From Laetmonice hystrix (taxonomy: Eukaryota), in contig OZ249436.1 in the NCBI GenBank assembly GCA_965235115.1, positions 372,001-436,000 of the forward strand: a stretch of DNA of 64,000 bases, written 5' to 3'. The stretch's first letter is position 1. Every line of letters starts with the position of its first letter. A program made the position numbers and the translations under genes. The notes below the pieces were generated by a model. The model worked only from the letters and a program-made list of their open reading frames with translations. It was not told where the DNA came from and made no database searches. Of the stretch, positions 52,901-64,000 are shown piece by piece.

Positions 52901-55900
52901 TCTAATCTGTGTCCCCTACAGACCATCTGTAAGCGTCCGACAACGTTGTCAGGTCGTCCCAATGACTGTTTGCCGTAAGAGTTTAGTTAACAAGTGCAAA
53001 TGACGTTGTACGCCTTTTCTATATCAGATATCCCATCCCCAAGTAACAAAGAAAGAAAGAATACACAGAGATGTTGCAGGCAGAAAACACCAGGGTGCAG
53101 CGCAGTTCCACTGAAGCGCGACGGCGGCGCTGAATGCACTGCCGCCTTCCGGCCAGAGGTGGAATCACCACGTACACCTGCCGGGCTGGCAGGCACCTGT
53201 GGCTCTTAGGCAGGAGACAGGTTAAAGCAATGATAAGCGAAAAATGGCTACATTTTTGGTACGTCAGATTGAAACTACGCACCCCAAAATTATTATTCTT
53301 TGGCCAGATGTTTAACTGTCAAACGTATAGGTCTCGTACGTTCGCTACTGATATATGGTTGTGATGTGTACACTTCTCATTTGAGTATCTTCTCCAGATT
53401 TTAACATTAGATGCTCCTCGCCTGGAACCTTTCATTGCCGCTACCTCACTGTAGTGTCTGCATGGCTACTATACGCCAGCCGGTAAGATTTAGGGACTTC
53501 TCACTCTACTGGTTGTCCTCCCACACAACTTGCCCCACAGTGTACTATTTGGCCTCACTGTACACTTTGGCCTCACAGTAGTGTTCGCTTGGATGCTAGG
53601 CCAGCCAGTAATACCTTGTAGGGATTCCTGCTTGTACTGTTTGGCCTCCCTGTACCGTTTGCTTGTATACAAGAGTTGCCAGTAGTATAGGGACGCCTCA
53701 TGTTTCCTGTTTCCATGCCTTTATTGTCCAGGAGGCAGGCCATACGTTTCGTCTATCATCTACTTCCATCTAATCTGTCTCCCCTACAGACCATCTGTAA
53801 GCGTCCGACAACGTTGTCAGGTCGTCCCAATGATTGTTTGCCGTAAAGGTTTAGTTAACAATGGCAAATGGCGTTGTACGCCTTTTCTATATCAGATATC
53901 CCATCCCCAAGTAACAAAGAAAGAAAGAAAGAAAGAATACACAGAGATGTTGCAGGCAGAAAACACCAGGGTGCAGCGCAGTTCCACTGAAGCGCGACGG
54001 CGGCGCTGCCTGCACTGCCGCCTTTCGGCCAGCGGTGGAATCACCACGTACACCTGCCGGGCTGGCAGGCACCTGTGGCTCTTAGGCGATAGACAGGTTA
54101 AAGCAATGATAAGCGAAAAATGGCTACATTTTTGGTACGTCAATTTGAAACTAGGCACCCCAAAATTATTATTCTTTGGCCAGATGTATAACTGTCAAAC
54201 GTATAGGTCTCGTACGTTCGCTACAGATATATGGTTGTGATGTGTATACTTCTCATTTGAGTATCTTCTCCAGATTTTAACATTAGATGCTCCTGGCCTG
54301 GAACCTTTCATTGCCGCTACCTCACTGTAGTGTCTGCATGGCTACTATAGGCCAGCCGGTAAGATTTAGGGACTTCTCACTCTACTGGTTGGCCTCCCAG
54401 ACAACTTGCCCCACAGTGTACTGTTTGGCCTCACTGTACACTTTGGCCTCACTGTAGTGTTCGCTTGGATGCTAGGCCAGCCAGTAATATCTTGTAGGGA
54501 TTCCTGCCTGTACTGTTTGGCCTCCCTGTACCGTTTGCTTGTATGCAAGAGTTGCCAGTAGTATAGGGACGCCTCATGTTTCATGTTTCCATGCCTTTAT
54601 TGTCCAGGAGGCAGGCCATACGTTTCGTCTATCATCTACTTCCATCTAATCTGTGTCCCCTACAGACCATCTGTAAGCGTCCGACAACGTTGTCAGGTCT
54701 TCCCAATGATTGTTTGCCGTAAAGGTTTAGTTAACAATGGCAAATGACGTTGTACGCCTTTTCTATATCAGATATCCTATCCCCAAGTAACAAAGAAAGA
54801 AAGAAAGAAAGAAAGAATACACAGAGATGTTGCACGCAGAAAACACCAGGGTGCAGCGCAGCTCCACTGAAGCGCGACGGCGGCGCTGACTGCACTGCCG
54901 CCTTCCGTCCGGCGGTGGAATCACCACGTACACCTGCCGGGCTGGCAGGCACCTGTGGCTCTTAGGCGAGAGACAGGTTAAAGCAATGATAAGCGAAAAA
55001 TGGGGTAGTCAAATTGAAACTACGCACCCGAAAATTATTATTCTTAGGCCAGATGTATAACTGTCAAGCGTATAGGTCTCGTACGTTCGCTACAGATATA
55101 TGGTTGTGATGTGTACACTTCCCATTTGAGTATCTTCTCCAGATTTTAACATTAGATGCTCCTCGCCTGGAACCTTTCATTGCCGCTACCTCACTGTAGT
55201 GTCTGTATGGCTACTATAGGCCAGCCGGTAAGATTTAGGGACTTCTCACTCTACTGGTTGGCCTCCCAGACAACTTGCCCCACAGTGTACTGTTTGGCCT
55301 CACTGTACACTTTGGCCTCACTGTAGTGTTCGCTTGGATGCTAGGCCAGCCAGTAATACCTTGTAGGGATTCCTGCCTGTACTGTTTGGCCTCCCTGTAC
55401 CGTTTGCTTGTATGCAAGAGTTGCCAGTAGTATAGGGACGCCTCATGTTTCATGTTTCCATGCCTTTATTGTCCAGGAGGCAGGCCATACGTTTCGTCTA
55501 TCATCTACTTCCATCTAATCTGTGTCCCCTACAGACCATCTGTAAGCGTCCGACAACGTTGTCAGGTCGTCCCAATGATTGTTTGCCGTAAAGGTTTAGT
55601 TAACAATGGCAAATGACGTTGTACGCCTTTTCTATATCAGATATCTCATCCCCAAGTACCAAAGAAAGAAAGAAAGAAAGAAAGAATACACAGAGATGTT
55701 GCACGCAGAAAACACCAGGGTGCAGCGCAGCTCCACTGAAGCGTGACGGCGGCGCTGACTGCACTGCCGCCTTCCGTCCGGCGGTGGAATCACCACGTAC
55801 ACCTGCCGGGCTGGCAGGCACCTGTGGCTCTTAGGCGAGAGACAGGTTAAAGCAATGATAAGCGAAAAATGGGGTAGTCAAATTAAAACTACGCACCCGA

Positions 55901-55999
55901 AAATTATTATTCTTAGGCCAGATGTATAACTGTCAAGCGTATAGGTCTCGTACGTTCGCTACAGATATATGGTTGTGATGTGTACACTTCCCATTTGAG

Positions 56000-58900
56000 T
56001 ATCTTCTCCAGATTTTAACATTAGATGCTCCTCGCCTGGAACCTTTCATTGCCGCTACCTCACTGTAGTGTCTGTATGGCTACTATAGGCCAGCCGGTAA
56101 GATTTAGGGACTTCTCACTCTACTGGTTGGCCTCCCAGACAACTTGCCCCACAGTGTACTGTTTGGCCTCACTGTACACTTTGGCCTCACTGTAGTGTTC
56201 GCTTGGATGCTAGGCCAGCCAGTAATACCTTGTAAGGATTCCTGCCTGTACTGTTTGGCCTCCCTGTACCGTTTGCTTGTATGCAAGAATTGCCAGTAGT
56301 ATAGGGACGCCTCATGTTTCATGTTTCCATGCCTTTATTGTCCAGGAGGCAGGCCATACGTTTCGTCTATCATCTACTTCCATCTAATCTGTGTCCCCTA
56401 CAGACCATCTGTAAGCGTCCGACAACGTTGTCAGGTCGTCCCAATGATTGTTTGCCGTAAAGGTTTAGTTAACAATGGCAAATGACGTTGTACGCCTTTT
56501 CTATATCAGATATCCTATCCCCAAGTAACAAAGAAAGAAAGAAAGAAAGAATACACAGAGATGTTGCAGGCAGAAAACACCAGGGTGCAGCGCAGTTCCA
56601 CTGAAGCGCGACGGCGGCGCTGCCTGCACTGCCGCCTTTCGGCCAGCGGTGGAATCACCACGTACACCTGCCGGGCTGGCAGGCACCTGTGGCTCTTAGG
56701 CGATAGACAGGTTAAAGCAATGATAAGCGCAAAATGGCTACATTTTTGGTACGTCAATTTGAAACTAGGCACCCCAAAATTATTATTCTTTGGCCAGATG
56801 TATAACTGTCAAACGTATAGGTCTCGTACGTTCGCTACAGATATATGGTTGTGATGTGTATACTTCTCATTTGAGTATCTTCTCCAGATTTTAACATTAG
56901 ATGCTCCTGGCCTGGAACCTTTCATTGCCGCTACCTCACTGTAGTGTCTGTATGGCTACTATAGGCCAGCCGGTAAGATTTAGGGACTTCTCACTCTACT
57001 GGTTGGCCTCCCAGACAACTTGCCCCACAGTGTACTGTTTGGCCTCACTGTACACTTTGGCCTCACTGTAGTGTTCGCTTGGGTGCTAGGCCAGACAGTA
57101 TACCTTGTAGGGATTCCTGCCTGTACTGTTTGGCCTCCCTGTACCGTTTGCTTGTATACAAGAGTACCCAGTAGTATAGGGACGCCTCATGTTTCCTGTT
57201 TCCATGCCTTTATTATCCAGGAGGCAGGCCATACGTTTCGTCTATCATCTACTCCCATCTAATCTGTGTCCCCTACAGACCATCTGTAAGCGTCCGACAA
57301 CGTTGTCAGGTCGTCCCAATGACTGTTTGCCGTAAGAGTTTAGTTAACAAGTGCAAATGACGTTGTACGCCTTTTCTATATCAGATATCCCATCCCCAAG
57401 TAACAAAGAAAGAAAGAATACACAGAGATGTTGCAGGCAGAAAACACGAGGGTGCAGCGCAGTTCCACTGAAGCGCGACGGCGGCGCTGAATGCACTGCC
57501 GCCTTCCGGCCAGAGGTGGAATCACCACGTACACCTGCCGGGCTGGCAGGCACCTGTGGCTCTTAGGCAGGAGACAGGTTAAAGCAATGATAAGCGAAAA
57601 ATGGCTACATTTTTGGTACGTCAGATTGAAACTACGCACCCCAAAATTATTATTCTTTGGCCAGATGTTTAACTGTCAAACGTATAGGTCTCGTACGTTC
57701 GCTACTGATATATGGTTGTGATGTGTACACTTCTCATTTGAGTATCTTCTCCAGATTTTAACATTAGATGCTCCTCGCCTGGAACCTTTCATTGCCGCTA
57801 CCTCACTGTAGTGTCTGCATGGCTACTATACGCCAGCCGGTAAGATTTAGGGACTTCTCACTCTACTGGTTGTCCTCCCACACAACTTGCCCCACAGTGT
57901 ACTATTTCGCCTCACTGTACACTTTGGCCTCACAGTAGTGTTCGCTTGGATGCTAGGCCAGCCAGTAATACCTTGTAGGGATTCCTGCTTGTACTGTTTG
58001 GCCTCCCTGTACCGTTTGCTTGTATACAAGAGTTGCCAGTAGTATAGGGACGCCTCATGTTTCCTGTTTCCATGCCTTTATTGTCCAGGAGGCAGGCCAT
58101 ACGTTTCGTCTATCATCTACTTCCATCTAATCTGTCTCCCCTACAGACCATCTGTAAGCGTCCGACAACGTTGTCAGGTCGTCCCAATGATTGTTTGCCG
58201 TAAAGGTTTAGTTAACAATGGCAAATGGCGTTGTACGCCTTTTCTATATCAGATATCCCATCCCCAAGTAACAAAGAAAGAAAGAAAGAAAGAATACACA
58301 GAGATGTTGCACGCAGAAAACACCAGGGTGCAGCGCAGCTCCACTGAAGCGCGACGGCGGCGCTGACTGCACTGCCGCCTTCCGTCCGGCGGTGGAATCA
58401 CCACGTACACCTGCCGGGCTGGCAGGCACCTGTGGCTCTTAGGCGATAGACAGGTTAAAGCAATGATAAGCGAAAAATGGCTACATTTTTGGTACGTCAA
58501 TTTGAAACTAGGCACCCCAAAATTATTATTCTTTGGCCAGATGTATAACTGTCAAACGTATAGGTCTCGTACGTTCGCTACAGATATATGGTTGTGATGT
58601 GTATACTTCTCATTTGAGTATCTTCTCCAGATTTTAACATTAGATGCTCCTGGCCTGGAACCTTTCATTGCCGCTACCTCACTGTAGTGTCTGTATGGCT
58701 ACTATAGGCCAGCCGGTAAGATTTAGGGACTTCTCACTCTACTGGTTGGCCTCCCAGACAACTTGCCCCACAGTGTACTGTTTGGCCTCACTGTACACTT
58801 TGGCCTCACTGTAGTGTTCGCTTGGATGCTAGGCCAGCCAGTAATATCTTGTAGGGATTCCTGCCTGTACTGTTTGGCCTCCCTGTACCGTTTGCTTGTA

Positions 58901-61900
58901 TGCAAGAGTTGCCAGTAGTATAGGGACGCCTCATGTTTCATGTTTCCATGCCTTTATTGTCCAGGAGGCAGGCCATACGTTTCGTCTATCATCTACTTCC
59001 ATCTAATCTGTGTCCCCTACAGACCATCTGTAAGCGTCCGACAACGTTGTCAGGTCTTCCCAATGATTGTTTGCCGTAAAGGTTTAGTTAACAATGGCAA
59101 ATGACGTTGTACGCCTTTTCTATATCAGATATCCTATCCCCAAGTAACAAAGAAAGAAAGAAAGAAAGAAAGAATACACAGAGATGTTGCACGCAGAAAA
59201 CACCAGGGTGCAGCGCAGCTCCACTGAAGCGCGACGGCGGCGCTGACTGCACTGCCGCCTTCCGTCCGGCGGTGGAATCACCACGTACACCTGCCGGGCT
59301 GGCAGGCACCTGTGGCTCTTAGGCGAGAGACAGGTTAAAGCAATGATAAGCGAAAAATGGGGTAGTCAAATTGAAACTACGCACCCGAAAATTATTATTT
59401 TTAGGCCAGATGTATAACTGTCAAGCGTATAGGTCTTGTACGTTCGCTACAGATATATGGTTGTGATGTGTACACTTCCCATTTGAGTATCTTCTCCAGA
59501 TTTTAACATTAGATGCTCCTCGCCTGGAACCTTTCATTGCCGCTACCTCACTGTAGTGTCTGTATGGCTACTATAGGCCAGCCGGTAAGATTTAGGGACT
59601 TCTCACTCTACTGGTTGGCCTCCCAGACAACTTGCCCCACAGTGTACTGTTTGGCCTCACTGTACACTTTGGCCTCACTGTAGTGTTCGCTTGGATGCTA
59701 GGCCAGCCAGTAATACCTTGTAAGGATTCCTGCCTGTACTGTTTGGCCTCCCTGTACCGTTTGCTTGTATGCAAGAATTGCCAGTAGTATAGGGACGCCT
59801 CATGTTTCATGTTTCCATGCCTTTATTGTCCAGGAGGCAGGCCATACGTTTCGTCTATCATCTACTTCCATCTAATCTGTGTCCCCTACAGACCATCTGT
59901 AAGCGTCCGACAACGTTGTCAGGTCGTCCCAATGATTGTTTGCCGTAAAGGTTTAGTTAACAATGGCAAATGACGTTGTACGCCTTTTCTATATCAGATA
60001 TCCTATCCCCAAGTAACAAAGAAAGAAAGAAAGAAAGAATACACAGAGATGTTGCAGGCAGAAAACACCAGGGTGCAGCGCAGTTCCACTGAAGCGCGAC
60101 GGCGGCGCTGCCTGCACTGCCGCCTTTCGGCCAGCGGTGGAATCACCACGTACACCTGCCGGGCTGGCAGGCACCTGTGGCTCTTAGGCGATAGACAGGT
60201 TAAAGCAATGATAAGCGCAAAATGGCTACATTTTTGGTACGTCAATTTGAAACTAGGCACCCCAAAATTATTATTCTTTGGCCAGATGTATAACTGTCAA
60301 ACGTATAGGTCTCGTACGTTCGCTACAGATATATGGTTGTGATGTGTATACTTCTCATTTGAGTATCTTCTCCAGATTTTAACATTAGATGCTCCTGGCC
60401 TGGAACCTTTCATTGCCGCTACCTCACTGTAGTGTCTGTATGGCTACTATAGGCCAGCCGGTAAGATTTAGGGACTTCTCACTCTACTGGTTGGCCTCCC
60501 AGACAACTTGCCCCACAGTGTACTGTTTGGCCTCACTGTACACTTTGGCCTCACTGTAGTGTTCGCTTGGGTGCTAGGCCAGACAGTATACCTTGTAGGG
60601 ATTCCTGCCTGTACTGTTTGGCCTCCCTGTACCGTTTGCTTGTATACAAGAGTACCCAGTAGTATAGGGACGCCTCATGTTTCCTGTTTCCATGCCTTTA
60701 TTATCCAGGAGGCAGGCCATACGTTTCGTCTATCATCTACTCCCATCTAATCTGTGTCCCCTACAGACCATCTGTAAGCGTCCGACAACGTTGTCAGGTC
60801 GTCCCAATGACTGTTTGCCGTAAGAGTTTAGTTAACAAGTGCAAATGACGTTGTACGCCTTTTCTATATCAGATATCCCATCCCCAAGTAACAAAGAAAG
60901 AAAGAATACACAGAGATGTTGCAGGCAGAAAACACGAGGGTGCAGCGCAGTTCCACTGAAGCGCGACGGCGGCGCTGAATGCACTGCCGCCTTCCGGCCA
61001 GAGGTGGAATCACCACGTACACCTGCCGGGCTGGCAGGCACCTGTGGCTCTTAGGCAGGAGACAGGTTAAAGCAATGATAAGCGAAAAATGGCTACATTT
61101 TTGGTACGTCAGATTGAAACTACGCACCCCAAAATTATTATTCTTTGGCCAGATGTTTAACTGTCAAACGTATAGGTCTCGTACGTTCGCTACTGATATA
61201 TGGTTGTGATGTGTACACTTCTCATTTGAGTATCTTCTCCAGATTTTAACATTAGATGCTCCTCGCCTGGAACCTTTCATTGCCGCTACCTCACTGTAGT
61301 GTCTGCATGGCTACTATACGCCAGCCGGTAAGATTTAGGGACTTCTCACTCTACTGGTTGTCCTCCCACACAACTTGCCCCACAGTGTACTATTTCGCCT
61401 CACTGTACACTTTGGCCTCACAGTAGTGTTCGCTTGGATGCTAGGCCAGCCAGTAATACCTTGTAGGGATTCCTGCTTGTACTGTTTGGCCTCCCTGTAC
61501 CGTTTGCTTGTATACAAGAGTTGCCAGTAGTATAGGGACGCCTCATGTTTCCTGTTTCCATGCCTTTATTGTCCAGGAGGCAGGCCATACGTTTCGTCTA
61601 TCATCTACTTCCATCTAATCTGTCTCCCCTACAGACCATCTGTAAGCGTCCGACAACGTTGTCAGGTCGTCCCAATGATTGTTTGCCGTAAAGGTTTAGT
61701 TAACAATGGCAAATGGCGTTGTACGCCTTTTCTATATCAGATATCCCATCCCCAAGTAACAAAGAAAGAAAGAAAGAAAGAATACACAGAGATGTTGCAC
61801 GCAGAAAACACCAGGGTGCAGCGCAGCTCCACTGAAGCGCGACGGCGGCGCTGACTGCACTGCCGCCTTCCGTCCGGCGGTGGAATCACCACGTACACCT

Positions 61901-64000
61901 GCCGGGCTGGCAGGCACCTGTGGCTCTTAGGCGATAGACAGGTTAAAGCAATGATAAGCGAAAAATGGCTACATTTTTGGTACGTCAATTTGAAACTAGG
62001 CACCCCAAAATTATTATTCTTTGGCCAGATGTATAACTGTCAAACGTATAGGTCTCGTACGTTCGCTACAGATATATGGTTGTGATGTGTATACTTCTCA
62101 TTTGAGTATCTTCTCCAGATTTTAACATTAGATGCTCCTGGCCTGGAACCTTTCATTGCCGCTACCTCACTGTAGTGTCTGTATGGCTACTATAGGCCAG
62201 CCGGTAAGATTTAGGGACTTCTCACTCTACTGGTTGGCCTCCCAGACAACTTGCCCCACAGTGTACTGTTTGGCCTCACTGTACACTTTGGCCTCACTGT
62301 AGTGTTCGCTTGGATGCTAGGCCAGCCAGTAATATCTTGTAGGGATTCCTGCCTGTACTGTTTGGCCTCCCTGTACCGTTTGCTTGTATGCAAGAGTTGC
62401 CAGTAGTATAGGGACGCCTCATGTTTCATGTTTCCATGCCTTTATTGTCCAGGAGGCAGGCCATACGTTTCGTCTATCATCTACTTCCATCTAATCTGTG
62501 TCCCCTACAGACCATCTGTAAGCGTCCGACAACGTTGTCAGGTCTTCCCAATGATTGTTTGCCGTAAAGGTTTAGTTAACAATGGCAAATGACGTTGTAC
62601 GCCTTTTCTATATCAGATATCCTATCCCCAAGTAACAAAGAAAGAAAGAAAGAAAGAAAGAATACACAGAGATGTTGCACGCAGAAAACACCAGGGTGCA
62701 GCGCAGCTCCACTGAAGCGCGACGGCGGCGCTGACTGCACTGCCGCCTTCCGTCCGGCGGTGGAATCACCACGTACACCTGCCGGGCTGGCAGGCACCTG
62801 TGGCTCTTAGGCGAGAGACAGGTTAAAGCAATGATAAGCGAAAAATGGGGTAGTCAAATTGAAACTACGCACCCGAAAATTATTATTTTTAGGCCAGATG
62901 TATAACTGTCAAGCGTATAGGTCTTGTACGTTCGCTACAGATATATGGTTGTGATGTGTACACTTCCCATTTGAGTATCTTCTCCAGATTTTAACATTAG
63001 ATGCTCCTCGCCTGGAACCTTTCATTGCCGCTACCTCACTGTAGTGTCTGTATGGCTACTATAGGCCAGCCGGTAAGATTTAGGGACTTCTCACTCTACT
63101 GGTTGGCCTCCCAGACAACTTGCCCCACAGTGTACTGTTTGGCCTCACTGTACACTTTGGCCTCACTGTAGTGTTCGCTTGGATGCTAGGCCAGCCAGTA
63201 ATACCTTGTAAGGATTCCTGCCTGTACTGTTTGGCCTCCCTGTACCGTTTGCTTGTATGCAAGAATTGCCAGTAGTATAGGGACGCCTCATGTTTCATGT
63301 TTCCATGCCTTTATTGTCCAGGAGGCAGGCCATACGTTTCGTCTATCATCTACTTCCATCTAATCTGTGTCCCCTACAGACCATCTGTAAGCGTCCGACA
63401 ACGTTGTCAGGTCGTCCCAATGATTGTTTGCCGTAAAGGTTTAGTTAACAATGGCAAATGACGTTGTACGCCTTTTCTATATCAGATATCCTATCCCCAA
63501 GTAACAAAGAAAGAAAGAAAGAAAGAATACACAGAGATGTTGCAGGCAGAAAACACCAGGGTGCAGCGCAGTTCCACTGAAGCGCGACGGCGGCGCTGCC
63601 TGCACTGCCGCCTTTCGGCCAGCGGTGGAATCACCACGTACACCTGCCGGGCTGGCAGGCACCTGTGGCTCTTAGGCGATAGACAGGTTAAAGCAATGAT
63701 AAGCGCAAAATGGCTACATTTTTGGTACGTCAATTTGAAACTAGGCACCCCAAAATTATTATTCTTTGGCCAGATGTATAACTGTCAAACGTATAGGTCT
63801 CGTACGTTCGCTACAGATATATGGTTGTGATGTGTATACTTCTCATTTGAGTATCTTCTCCAGATTTTAACATTAGATGCTCCTGGCCTGGAACCTTTCA
63901 TTGCCGCTACCTCACTGTAGTGTCTGTATGGCTACTATAGGCCAGCCGGTAAGATTTAGGGACTTCTCACTCTACTGGTTGGCCTCCCAGACAACTTGCC
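56000..64000. repeat. Higher-order repeat: 4-monomer unit, period 3488 bp, about 2.3 copies in the window
   Basis: Anchors 56104/59592/63080, 57847/61335 and 58723/62211 all differ by exactly 3488. Private variants TGTAAGGATT, AAGAATTGCC, AAGCGCAAAA, AAACACGAGG and TATTTCGCCT recur at this period. Confidence 0.95.

Larger units (their letters stand above)
1460..64000. repeat. Head-to-tail macrosatellite array, monomer ~861-892 bp (mean ~871), 72 copies, open at right window edge
   Basis: The same ~870-bp sequence recurs continuously. The anchor TTAGGGACTTCTC falls at 2091, 2967, 3844, 4721 ... 63080, 63956 (71 intervals over 61,865 bp). The same pseudo-ORFs recur with this period. Confidence 0.99.

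Noticed and set aside
1276..63830. Recurrent 60-136 aa ORFs (MKHEASLYYW..., MPASPAGVRG..., MLQAENTRV...)
   Set aside because: They are by-products of the repeat. They overlap on both strands, are frameshifted by 4-bp GAAA changes and small indels, lose starts or gain stops in many copies, and resemble no protein family I recognise.
1460..64000. CRISPR-like or variable-cassette array
   Set aside because: There are no unique spacers: the whole monomer is repeated with only SNPs and small indels, and no cas or recombinase genes are present.

Overview
Non-coding, eukaryote-like window that captures the left edge of a large satellite (macrosatellite) array. Positions 1-979 are non-array sequence: a probable 3' end of a Helentron/HINE-like non-autonomous element (~1-275) and two CTCF-like motifs (637-670). 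Positions 980-1427 are an inverted partial monomer, joined through a ~30-bp templated fragment to a head-to-tail array of a ~871-bp monomer. The array has 72 copies counted by eye, the last truncated, and runs from 1460 off the right end. Each monomer has a variable (GAAA)n tract, a GC-rich multi-hairpin core, a TTAA junction and three decayed ~74-bp subrepeats. Monomers fall into long and short classes (11-bp indel) and are organised as higher-order repeats: an L-S-S trimer at left, a 10-mer (~8.7 kb) duplication at 15.7-33.1 kb, a mosaic middle, and a 3488-bp tetramer at right. All ORFs in the track are short by-products of the repeat. I found no protein-coding gene, CRISPR array or recognisable RNA gene. 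The style suggests an invertebrate animal (amphioxus-like), but that is an unverified impression. I cannot support a new gene system here; the best leads are the transposon-end origin of the monomer, the inverted edge junction, the candidate CTCF boundary and the HOR turnover.
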